A program made the position numbers and the translations under genes. Below, in pieces: positions 36,757 to 45,146 of a DNA stretch of 64,000 nt. Source of the stretch: Candidatus Aenigmatarchaeota archaeon (lineage in GTDB: Archaea > Aenigmatarchaeota > Aenigmatarchaeia > GW2011-AR5); NCBI GenBank assembly GCA_016198685.1, contig JACQID010000004.1, positions 261,059 through 325,058 of the forward strand, read 5' to 3'. Numbering within the stretch: position 1 is the first letter of the stretch; every line of letters starts with the position of its first letter. The notes beneath the pieces were generated by a model. That model was given only the letters and a program-made list of their open reading frames with translations, was not told the DNA's origin and ran no database searches.

Positions 36757-37680
36757 TCACTGCACAACAATGGAACCCGATGCCATGGACATGGTGCATG
36801 CAAACCTATACGTTCCGGCCCTCGTAGGCGTGAATTCCACAATATCAGCCCCGCCTGCCGGAACTGTCTTTCTTATATTAAAATCAGGGAAGACTATTGA
36901 GCGCGTGCAGCCTGCATTCTTATCCGCTTCAAGCCTGATCCTCAAAGGAATATCTTTTTTCACGACAATATAATTAGGCGTGTATTGCAGCAGCCCCATA
37001 CGGATAGTGACTTCCTGTATGTCGCCGGATAGGATCGCAGAAGTCTCAGTCTTCTCTCCGGAACTTGCAAGCGCAAAACTAGCTCCGCTTGGATAGGCAT
37101 TCACAAATGCTGAAGATATTGCAAGAACCGAGATTACAGCGCCTGCATAAAGAAAACCTCTTGATATTTTTGCCGAACTTTTGATGACCTTGGTCATTTC
37201 CCAAACAGTAAATGTAACTATTATCACAAGGAACGGCATGAACAGCCCGACGTTAAAAAACTGCACCATGACGCCCGTCATCCCTCCCATTATGCCCCCC
37301 ATGGGGCCTGCCATCACTCCTTCCATTGCGCTTAATGGTCCGCCGGCCCTTCCTACAGGTATCCCGAAAAGGATGCCGGATACCGCTCCTGCAATCATCG
37401 CGATCATGAAATCCGTCGTTGCAAGCCCTGCCATGGCCCCAATGAAAAATCCCGATGTCATGCCGTATGTCATCCCGCTCATCATGCAGCACATTTCCGA
37501 CATGCTTTCTTTGCTGCTAACGGCATAATACGCTCCCCATGCGAGGAGCATCGTTGTGAATACGAAAACCGGGGTATAAGGCGATGGAAACTGAAGAAAA
37601 ATTACCGGCACGGATAATATCCCGCATACCGCCAAGATTTTCAGCAGCAGCTTTTTATTTATTTTTATCGCTTCTTCCAT
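36757..37680 (-). CDS. Met-rich polytopic membrane protein with C-terminal cupredoxin-like domain (putative copper-handling protein)
   Basis: 307 aa; Met-rich TM segments (MCCMMSGMTYGMTSGFF, GPMGGIMGGMTGVM) as in copper-binding proteins. C-terminal about 100 aa beta-rich domain with Cys/Met ligand candidates (GCTRS...FACTMSM). Immediately downstream of copA. Confidence 0.6.
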   Translation of the reverse strand: MEEAIKINKKLLLKILAVCGILSVPVIFLQFPSPYTPVFVFTTMLLAWGAYYAVSSKESMSEMCCMMSGMTYGMTSGFFIGAMAGLATTDFMIAMIAGAVSGILFGIPVGRAGGPLSAMEGVMAGPMGGIMGGMTGVMVQFFNVGLFMPFLVIIVTFTVWEMTKVIKSSAKISRGFLYAGAVISVLAISSAFVNAYPSGASFALASSGEKTETSAILSGDIQEVTIRMGLLQYTPNYIVVKKDIPLRIRLEADKNAGCTRSIVFPDFNIRKTVPAGGADIVEFTPTRAGTYRFACTMSMASGSIVVQ

Positions 37681-37692
37681 GGTGTTCCCCTT

Positions 37693-39927
37693 TCATTCCA
37701 TTGATCGTAAACTATGCTTTTTCATTATAAGAGCATTTCCGACTACCGTGATCGACGATATCGCCATGGCTCCGGCTGCGATCACCGGATCAAGCATGAT
37801 GCCGTAAGCCGGGTACAATGCGCCTGCGGCAACCGGGATCAATGCAACGTTATATGCAAACGCCCAGAACAGATTCTGCCTTATCTTCTTTATTGTATAT
37901 TTGCTTAATTCTATTGAACGCGCAACGTCCATTATGTCGCTTTTTATCAGCACTATGCCGCCTGTCTCCAATGCCACATCGGTCCCGGAGCCTATCGCTA
38001 TTCCTATATCGGCCTGCGCAAGAGCTGGAGCGTCGTTTATCCCGTCGCCGACCATCGCCACCTTGTGGCCATCGCTCTGCAGCTTCTTTATCCTTGCCGC
38101 TTTATCTCCCGGAAGAACTTCGGCCATGACTTCATCAATGCCAAGCGTTTGCGCTACTGCATGCGCCGTGCGCTCGTTATCGCCGGTCATCATCATAACC
38201 CGCTTCCCCATTTTTTTAAGCGCCGCCACCGCTTTAGCGGAATTTTCTTTCACGGTGTCCGCTACTGCTATAATACCAGCTACTTCCGCGTTTTTGGCAA
38301 TTACTATGACGGTCTTTCCCTCCTGTTCAAGCGGCATTATGTCGTTATCGTATTTCGTGATTTTCACCGCATTATCCTTCATGAATCCTGCATTTCCTGC
38401 CAAAATCCTGTCTTTCCCTATGCGTGCCGAAACGCCTTTGCCGGAATGTGCAAAAAATCCGCTTACGGATTTCGGCCTTATACTTCGTTTCCGCGCCTCG
38501 TTCATTATGGCCTCTGCAATCGGATGCTCGGATCCGGCCTCTACCGATGCTGCCAAAGAAATAAGTGTATCATTCCCTCCGACATAAGAAAATATATCCG
38601 TAACCTCCGGTTTTCCCTTGGTCAGCGTCCCGGTCTTATCCATAACGATCACATCTGCTTTATGCGCGGTTTCCAGAGCCTCGCCGCCCTTGATGAGGAT
38701 TCCGTTCTGCGCGCCAATGCCCGTGCCTACCATGATCGCAGTCGGAGTTGCCAACCCCAATGCACACGGGCATGCTATTATGAGTACAGACACGAGAGCC
38801 GTAAATGCGAACGTGAATCCCATTGAAGGATACCAGAACGCAAAAGTTGCAAGAGCTATCACGATGACAGCCGGGACAAAATAAGAAGAAACAGAGTCTG
38901 CCAGCCTCTGGATAGGCGCCTTCGACCCCTGCGCTTCCTCGACAAGGCGCACTATCTGAGATAGCATAGTGTCTGTGCCTACGTTTGTCGCCCTGAAACG
39001 AAATGAGCCGAACTTGTTTATCGTGGCTCCTATTACAGTATCACCCTTCTTCTTTCCGGCCGGCATGCTTTCGCCTGTTATCATTGATTCATCAACACTG
39101 CTCTCCCCAGAAAGTACAACTCCGTCAACGGGTATCTTTTCGCCCGGCTTCACCACGATAACCTCGCCGACTTTGACTTCATCAACGTCAATTATGACCT
39201 GCTTTCCTTTTCTGATCACAGTTGCTGTCTTAGTTCGCAGGCCCATCAGCTTTTTTATTGCATCCGATGCCCTGCCTTTTGCTATGGCCTCAAAGTATCT
39301 CCCAAGAAGAATTAATGTTATTATCACCGCGGCGGTGTCAAAATACATGCTGCCTCGCATGCCCAGCAGCACTAAGGAAGCACTATAAAAGTACGCTGCG
39401 CTTGTTCCAAGAACTATCAAAGTGTTCATGTCAGCGCTTTTGTTGCGAAGCGCCGTCCACGCGCCAACATAAAAATCACGGCCCGTCCAAAACTGAACGA
39501 TGGTTGCCATCGCCAAAAGAACGCCGGGATGGGAGAGCAATGAAACAGAGAACCATTCCGGAAAGCTTCCTATAAATATAAGGGCGGATAATGCCGCTCC
39601 GACATAGAGATTTTTTCTGAGAGCAGACAGCTCCTCTTTCTTCATCTCTTTCATATGGTCAGCATGCGTCCCACCTTTATTCTCATGCGACCCATTTTGC
39701 ACGATAGCTTTGTATCCCGCCCTTGTTATCGCATCCGCTACTGCATTCTCGCTTGTTTTCTCCGGGTCAAAATCCACCACCGCATTTTCTGTTGCGTAGT
39801 TGACTCGCGCCAAGATTACGCCTGGCTCCTTCTTCAGCTTCTTTTCTATCGTGCCTGCACAAGTCGAGCAATGCATGCCGAAAATTCCGATGACGGAAGT
39901 TTTATTTCGCTGCGTATTGTTTTTCAT
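37693..39927 (-). CDS. copA: Copper-translocating P1B-type ATPase
   Basis: 744 aa; N-terminal HMA domain ([15 protein letters not shown]), TM CPC motif ([13 protein letters not shown]), [19 protein letters not shown]. Confidence 0.95.
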   Translation of the reverse strand: MKNNTQRNKTSVIGIFGMHCSTCAGTIEKKLKKEPGVILARVNYATENAVVDFDPEKTSENAVADAITRAGYKAIVQNGSHENKGGTHADHMKEMKKEELSALRKNLYVGAALSALIFIGSFPEWFSVSLLSHPGVLLAMATIVQFWTGRDFYVGAWTALRNKSADMNTLIVLGTSAAYFYSASLVLLGMRGSMYFDTAAVIITLILLGRYFEAIAKGRASDAIKKLMGLRTKTATVIRKGKQVIIDVDEVKVGEVIVVKPGEKIPVDGVVLSGESSVDESMITGESMPAGKKKGDTVIGATINKFGSFRFRATNVGTDTMLSQIVRLVEEAQGSKAPIQRLADSVSSYFVPAVIVIALATFAFWYPSMGFTFAFTALVSVLIIACPCALGLATPTAIMVGTGIGAQNGILIKGGEALETAHKADVIVMDKTGTLTKGKPEVTDIFSYVGGNDTLISLAASVEAGSEHPIAEAIMNEARKRSIRPKSVSGFFAHSGKGVSARIGKDRILAGNAGFMKDNAVKITKYDNDIMPLEQEGKTVIVIAKNAEVAGIIAVADTVKENSAKAVAALKKMGKRVMMMTGDNERTAHAVAQTLGIDEVMAEVLPGDKAARIKKLQSDGHKVAMVGDGINDAPALAQADIGIAIGSGTDVALETGGIVLIKSDIMDVARSIELSKYTIKKIRQNLFWAFAYNVALIPVAAGALYPAYGIMLDPVIAAGAMAISSITVVGNALIMKKHSLRSME

Positions 39928-39993
39928 TCCTTCACCAGCCCATGATGCAATTCCTCCCTTGCCATATACGACATCTTATAATTATATCCAACT

Positions 39994-40005
39994 TAGATAT
40001 ATCTA
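39994..40005. promoter_or_regulatory. Perfect 12-bp palindrome TAGATATATCTA in the copA/copR divergent intergenic region (candidate operator)
   Basis: Located in the 117-bp AT-rich spacer between divergently transcribed copA (start 39927) and the PadR-TRASH regulator (start 40045). Confidence 0.35.
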
Positions 40006-40044
40006 TATTAACAATTATTTAAACCATTTACGGCTATTAATGAC

Positions 40045-40455
40045 ATGGAAAAGCGCTCAAGCATGATAAAATACTTCATATTGCAGCATCTAAGCGCAAA
40101 ACAAATGACAGGATATGAAGTGATTGCAGAAATACGAAACATTACGGGAAAACTCCCCAGCACAAGCCAAGTATATCCTGTCTTAAATACCATGAAAAAG
40201 TCTGGATACCTCACGGCAACGGATAAATTTCACGGAAAACGAAAAATAAAGATTTACAAGCTCACTTCTTCCGGAAAGACTCTTTTTTCCGTGATAGAAC
40301 GCCAGTTTGAATCCATGATAAGAGCCATGCTAAGCAATAAAATACGGGTATGCGCCCACTGCAATTGCGAGATACTGAAAGGGCATTACAGCAAAATTAC
40401 GCACGGCAAGAAACTCGATTTCTGCTGTACTGCATGCGCCGGATCATTCAAGTAA
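40045..40455 (+). CDS. PadR-type winged-helix regulator fused to C-terminal TRASH metal-binding domain (putative copper-responsive repressor)
   Basis: 136 aa; N-terminal PadR-like wHTH (YFILQHLSAKQMTGYEVIAEI...YPVLNTMKKSGYL); C-terminal TRASH-like Cys cluster (CAHCNCEI...FCCTACAGSF). Divergent from copA. Confidence 0.75.
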   Translation: MEKRSSMIKYFILQHLSAKQMTGYEVIAEIRNITGKLPSTSQVYPVLNTMKKSGYLTATDKFHGKRKIKIYKLTSSGKTLFSVIERQFESMIRAMLSNKIRVCAHCNCEILKGHYSKITHGKKLDFCCTACAGSFK

Positions 40456-40519
40456 TCCCAGTGCCATTCCGAAGACTCAAACAGAAGATACCGCTTTGCC
40501 TATTATTATCCTGGCCTCA

Positions 40520-40657
40520 TCAATCATGCCGTGAAAGAACGTAGCTCCGTTTGCAGCGCCAATCTGAATGCTGCTGGAAGAATACTGATGTGAAGCCGAT
40601 GATGGATATTGTGACTAAAAGCAATAAAATAATAATAGCTATAACAGGCGATATGCC
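40520..40657 (-). CDS. Putative short archaeal class-III signal peptide (pilin-like) protein, not in ORF track
   Basis: Manual translation of the reverse strand from ATG at 40657 gives a short ORF of about 45 aa, MKGISPVIAIIILLLVTISIIGFTSVFFQQHSDWRCKRSYVLSRHD. KGISPVIA then a hydrophobic helix is the FlaK/PibD-cleaved prepilin signature, also seen in the 163-aa protein at 63496-63987. Confidence 0.35.
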   Translation of the reverse strand, partial: GISPVIAIIILLLLVTISIIGFTSVFFQQHSDWRCKRSYVLSRHD

Positions 40658-40759
40658 TTTCATGAAGCTTATTTAGATATTCTATATATAAATGTTTAAA
40701 CAATCCGACATAATCATTCAATTCTGTGATTTGCAACATAGCTTTTCTTTTGTAAAAAA

Positions 40760-40871
40760 TGGACTGGTCGGGATTTGAACCCGAAGCCTCTACCTCTCAT
40801 CGAAGTTTTTGGTCAGGCTTTTGCCAAAAAACTTGTGCGAAGGTAGCGATCTTCCGTTGATCTACCAGCCC
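40760..40871 (-). tRNA. tRNA-Ala (CGC) with about 40-nt canonical-position intron
   Basis: Reverse strand: GGGCTGG-TA-GATC-AACGGAA-GATC-G-CTACC-TTCGCA[40-nt intron, about 40796-40835]A-GGTAG-AGGCT-TCGGG-TTCAAAT-CCCGA-CCAGTCC-A. Acceptor, D and T arms are identical to tRNA-Ala(GGC) at 36085-36246; only the anticodon arm and intron differ. Confidence 0.75.
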
Positions 40872-40937
40872 ATAACAATACCTATAATTTACATCATACA
40901 GCAAACTTTAATGCTCTTTGCAGCAATTAAAACAATG

Positions 40938-41429
40938 GAAAGACTTTGGGCTCCATGGAGGCTTGAATATCTCAGAAGAGCCTTCAAAAAACAGAAATGC
41001 ATTTTCTGCTATCTCGCTAAAGAAAAAAAGGACGAAAAGAACCATATTCTCTACAGGGCCGAGAAAGTCTTTGTAATGCTGAACAAGTATCCTTACTCGC
41101 CGGGACATCTGATGGTATCACCCTATCGCCACGTCGACCGTATTGCGCGCATGACCGAAGAAGAACGGCACGAAATGACGGATGTTGCGGCAAAATTCTC
41201 CGTCATGCTTGAAACGGCGCTAAAAGCCGAGGGATTTAACATGGGCATCAATCAGGGCAGGCTTGCAGGCGCCGGATTTGACAAGCATGTTCATATGCAC
41301 GTCGTACCTCGCTGGAAGCATGACGTCAATTTCATGGTCCCGGTTGCCGGAACAAAAGTGATACCAGAAACATTGGAACAGACTTATGCAAAAATAAAGG
41401 CAGCTATGAATCAGGCTTCTCTCAAATAA
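40938..41429 (+). CDS. HIT-family (histidine triad) nucleotide hydrolase/transferase
   Basis: Start MERLWAPWRLEY (the track ORF from 40809 runs over tRNA-Ala). CxxC (CIFCYL) and the triad HVHMHVV. Confidence 0.8.
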   Translation, partial: ERLWAPWRLEYLRRAFKKQKCIFCYLAKEKKDEKNHILYRAEKVFVMLNKYPYSPGHLMVSPYRHVDRIARMTEEERHEMTDVAAKFSVMLETALKAEGFNMGINQGRLAGAGFDKHVHMHVVPRWKHDVNFMVPVAGTKVIPETLEQTYAKIKAAMNQASLK

Positions 41430-42703
41430 CCCCAGTTATGCAATTTGTCGCTGTCTTCGAACCAGCGGTCGCCTATGTCTTTTCTGTAATACATATTGGG
41501 GATCATTATGTTCTCTATCCTGTTGTATGCTTGTGCTTGTGCTTGTTTCATTGTCTGGCCAAGGCCGACAACTATCAAAGCAACGCCCTTTATGCTTGTG
41601 ACAAGCCATTCGTCATTCAGCTTCCTGATGTCCTCTATGTGTATGCCTGCAAAATCCGGCTTCTTGAACATGATGACCGCATCCTTCGAATACGTCTCAA
41701 AGAGCCTCTTATCTTTGTACGGATAAGGCGGAACTACTATTCTAACGCCGACCTGAAAGCCGCTTCTCGTCTTGAACTTGGACAACGTTCCTTCTGCCAT
41801 GCCATGCAGGAATTCTCCCATCGGCGTAAGCATGCCTTCCTGCTGTATACTTATCGTTGGATATCCGAAACGTGACGTGAATTCAAGCGGATAAATTCCA
41901 TTGTTGTTAACTATGCAGTTTATGTCTATGTATCCGACGTATTTCTCTCGCCTGAGTAAAGGTTCCATCTTTTTCAGCGTTGCCGAAAATATCCTGTTTG
42001 GCTCGCTCCAGAAGCAGCTTGTTCCCATCTCGCCGGTAGATGGCCCTATGTTGCCCGGGAATAGTTTCTTGTGCTCAAAGTTGACATTTATAGGCTGCAT
42101 GAACTCATAACCGTTGAAGAACGCTCCTACCGCAACTTCAACGCCGTTTATTTTTCTCTGCAGCTGGAATTCCTTTATCCTGTTGGACCATGTAGCCTTA
42201 TAGTCCTCAAGCATGTGAAGTATGTCCTTGCCATCCTCTTCCTCCCCGACAAAGAGCAATTGTTTCACGTTCTGCGCCTCCCCGCTGGGTTTTATGACAT
42301 ATTTATTAGGATTTTTCTTGACATATTGTATGGCGTCATCAAAAGAAGTAAAATTCTCCTGCGGTATGATCGCAACGCCGGCCTTCTTGAGTTCCATTTG
42401 GCCAAAGCCGCGATCGTCCTCAAGCTTATCTGTGTACGGTGTTCCGCCAACAACGAGCTTGCCCTGCTGCCGTAGCTTCTGCGCTTTCTCGCCTTGGCCA
42501 AGAACATCATCAAAAACTATGACATCGGCCCATTCTATCTCCTTTTCCCAGTCATCTGTCTTGGGGACAAAGCCGTCAGCAACTGCCTTCTCATCCTTAC
42601 TATCAATGAAATACTTGACGTTGTGGCCCTCTTTCATGACCTGCCAAGCTACATCGCTTATAAGACCTTCCAGAGAAACAAACAGGAAATTTTTGGGTAT
42701 CAT
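41411..42703 (-). CDS. purD: Phosphoribosylamine--glycine ligase (PurD-like ATP-grasp)
   Basis: 430 aa; matches PurD blocks: NIGPSTGEMGTSCF (compare DTGPNTGGMGAYSP), EFTSRFGYPTISIQ (compare EFNCRFGDPETQPI), YRKDIGDRW (compare CRKDIGWR). The N-terminus is atypical, so the exact substrate is uncertain. Confidence 0.65.
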   Translation of the reverse strand: MIPKNFLFVSLEGLISDVAWQVMKEGHNVKYFIDSKDEKAVADGFVPKTDDWEKEIEWADVIVFDDVLGQGEKAQKLRQQGKLVVGGTPYTDKLEDDRGFGQMELKKAGVAIIPQENFTSFDDAIQYVKKNPNKYVIKPSGEAQNVKQLLFVGEEEDGKDILHMLEDYKATWSNRIKEFQLQRKINGVEVAVGAFFNGYEFMQPINVNFEHKKLFPGNIGPSTGEMGTSCFWSEPNRIFSATLKKMEPLLRREKYVGYIDINCIVNNNGIYPLEFTSRFGYPTISIQQEGMLTPMGEFLHGMAEGTLSKFKTRSGFQVGVRIVVPPYPYKDKRLFETYSKDAVIMFKKPDFAGIHIEDIRKLNDEWLVTSIKGVALIVVGLGQTMKQAQAQAYNRIENIMIPNMYYRKDIGDRWFEDSDKLHNWGYLREA

Positions 42704-42742
42704 GTAAGGTATCTTGCCTCATTTAATTAGTAGTAAAATAAT

Positions 42743-43276
42743 TTATACTTTTCTCTTCGCAAAGACCATGATTTCCGAAACCGTTTGTTCCGGAGTTTTG
42801 TCTGAAGTGTCAATGACAATATCTGCCTCTTTTTCCTGGGAAAACGTGTCAAAGCCATACAAGCTCTTAAATGTCTTCCTCTCAAGATCGTCCTTCTCTT
42901 TCACCGTTCTCGCGGCCGATTCAATGCTTACACCGTCTCTTTTAGCGTATCTTTCGGCTCTTTTTTCAACTCTCGCCTTAAGCCATATCTTAACGTCGGC
43001 TATTGTATTAAGGAAATGAATAGCCAGCTTGCCATCTATGGCAATATTGCCCTTTTTCGCGTTTTCGACCATCAGCTTGTCTATGGCATGATGGAAATCT
43101 TTTGATGAGCCTTTTTCGCTTCCAAAAAAGTCCACCGCTTCTTGAGTCTTGCCTTTGGAAAAGCTCTTGAAATATTCGCCGGCGGAAAAGAATCCAAGGC
43201 CGAGTTTCTTGGCAAGAAGCCTTCCTGTTGTCGTGGAACCGCATCCTGGCTGGCCTGAAATAGCTATAACGACCAT
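42743..43276 (-). CDS. cmk: Cytidylate kinase, archaeal type
   Basis: 177 aa; P-loop GQPGCGSTT, IWLKARVEKRAERYAKRDGVS...YGFD...DIVIDTS matches archaeal Cmk. Confidence 0.8.
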   Translation of the reverse strand: MVVIAISGQPGCGSTTTGRLLAKKLGLGFFSAGEYFKSFSKGKTQEAVDFFGSEKGSSKDFHHAIDKLMVENAKKGNIAIDGKLAIHFLNTIADVKIWLKARVEKRAERYAKRDGVSIESAARTVKEKDDLERKTFKSLYGFDTFSQEKEADIVIDTSDKTPEQTVSEIMVFAKRKV

Positions 43277-43313
43277 GTGATCATCATTGACAGAACAAAT
43301 TAAATAGAAATAC

Positions 43314-44978
43314 TCAGCCGAATATCATTCTGATAATGGAGTTAATGTTGTCAATATATGAACGCGTCGGGAACTGTTCAGTTCCAGCCCTGACGCTCGG
43401 AGTAAGATTGACGCTTACAGTCACGTTCTTCGATGTTATGACCTCAACGATTCTTGTCTCGTTTTTATACCCCGTTTTCTGCAATCTCAGCGTATAATTC
43501 TTGCTCTCCAGGCTGACATTCAGCGGACTGGTTCCGATATAAGTATCGTTGATATAAACAGAAGCCTTGTCAGGATTCGTCAAAACCATGAGCGAACCGT
43601 TGTTGGAAGTCGGTACTATAAGAGACAAATATGCAGCCACGCTTGTTGTTTTGCCCGGAAGAACTTCTTCCCTGAATTGCCTTGCCAAATATCCAACTTT
43701 GCCTACGGACACTGTGTAATTGCCTATGACAAGGTCATTCACAACAAGCGGCGTTACCCCACGGTAGGCACGGTCGATAAGAACGAATCCTCCTGACGGG
43801 TTCGATGTTATTGTCATGTTGCCTTTGTATGGCGGCAGAGGCTTAAGCGTGAGGTTCACTATTGCAGTTTTCCCGTCTGGTACTGTGACTGTCATGAATT
43901 CCGTGAGATATCCTGGTTTGTCGAGCATCAAAGAATGCATGCCTGGTGCAACCCGTGTGATGGTCAGAGGTGCGATGCTGTATTCGGAAACAGAGCCGTC
44001 AAGGTATACATAGACTACTCGCGGCGATACGTCTATCGTAATATTACCATACGCCGATACAGATGGCATTGTTGTTGTCGTGGTCGTTATCGTAGTTGTC
44101 GTAATATTAGGAATCGTGGTTGTTGTGACATTCGATGGAATCGTGGTTGTTGTGGAGATTGTTGTGGTAGTAGTATTAGAACTATTCCCGGATGGCATTG
44201 TCGTTGTTGTAACATCTGAGAATACTGCATATACGCGGGATAGCCTTCCCGAAACTACCACTACCTTTGGATAGAACTTTGGCTCATATCCTGCCAGTTC
44301 GAGCTTGACCGAATAATTCCCCGCGGCATACGTGCCCTCGTAGGGCGTGACGCCGGAATATTTATCATTGATGTAAACATTTGCCCCAGAAGGCGTGGAT
44401 ATCGCAGATAAGTTGCCGAACTGGAGGGGCTTCAGGCCAACCTGCAAAGCTGTATGATGGGATCCTGTTATGTTGAACGCAACTTCGTGATTTTCATACC
44501 CATCTTTTGATATCTTTGCAACATAGCTGCCGGCGTTAAGCACAAGGTTCTTGAAATTGCTTATCCTGAAGGCAGAATCATATTTTCCTTGGGAATATAC
44601 ATTGACAATAGCTCCTGATGGGAACGTATATAGTGTCAGATTGCCCGTAGGCCCGGGAACAAGATTCACGCTGAGGAAAGATGTATTCCCGCCTTTTATC
44701 CCAACAACAGCATTATAAGGAAGATATCCTATTTTTTCCAGCCTTATTGAATGCTGTCCTGCAGGAAGAGGCAGTTTTGTAGGAGTGCTCCATACTGTTA
44801 AAGGGTGCGCATCGGTAAACACATATGCTCCAGACGGCACGGAGACGATGGAAACATTGCCCATATCTGTTGCTGAGAAACCTATGCTACTTAACATTGC
44901 AATTAACGATATTATGAAAAGACCGTTGATAATAACCGATTTTTGCCTGTTTAAATTATGCATTCTTGCAATATGCAC
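43314..44978 (-). CDS. PEGA-repeat cell-surface protein with poly-Thr linker
   Basis: 554 aa; N-terminal TM/signal. At least 5 PEGA-like repeats (SVPSGAYVFTD, TFPSGAIVNVY, STPSGANVYINDKYSGVTPY, SNPSGGFVLIDRAYRGVTPL, TNPDKASVYINDTYIGTSPL). A roughly 45-residue Thr-rich tract (TTTMPSGNSSNTTTTTISTTTTIPSNVTTTTIPNITTTTITTTTTTMP). Confidence 0.75.
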   Translation of the reverse strand: MHIARMHNLNRQKSVIINGLFIISLIAMLSSIGFSATDMGNVSIVSVPSGAYVFTDAHPLTVWSTPTKLPLPAGQHSIRLEKIGYLPYNAVVGIKGGNTSFLSVNLVPGPTGNLTLYTFPSGAIVNVYSQGKYDSAFRISNFKNLVLNAGSYVAKISKDGYENHEVAFNITGSHHTALQVGLKPLQFGNLSAISTPSGANVYINDKYSGVTPYEGTYAAGNYSVKLELAGYEPKFYPKVVVVSGRLSRVYAVFSDVTTTTMPSGNSSNTTTTTISTTTTIPSNVTTTTIPNITTTTITTTTTTMPSVSAYGNITIDVSPRVVYVYLDGSVSEYSIAPLTITRVAPGMHSLMLDKPGYLTEFMTVTVPDGKTAIVNLTLKPLPPYKGNMTITSNPSGGFVLIDRAYRGVTPLVVNDLVIGNYTVSVGKVGYLARQFREEVLPGKTTSVAAYLSLIVPTSNNGSLMVLTNPDKASVYINDTYIGTSPLNVSLESKNYTLRLQKTGYKNETRIVEVITSKNVTVSVNLTPSVRAGTEQFPTRSYIDNINSIIRMIFG

Positions 44979-45146
44979 GTTCTTCTATTTAAATTTATTT
45001 TTCGTGGTTTTTAGATGTTCTTTGCGCATTTGACAACGCATTTATAAGTTTAATCCACAAAGTAGCTTCATGATATGCGGTTTCGCAGATCTCATTTTCA
45101 GGTAACTTTCCCGCACATATTTAGCCGTGCGTTTCAATAATCAAAG

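Noticed and set aside
40524-40739. 71-aa minus-strand His/Tyr-rich ORF in the copR to tRNA-Ala spacer
   Set aside because: AT-rich low-complexity translation. The only credible coding feature here is the shorter class-III signal-peptide ORF in another frame.
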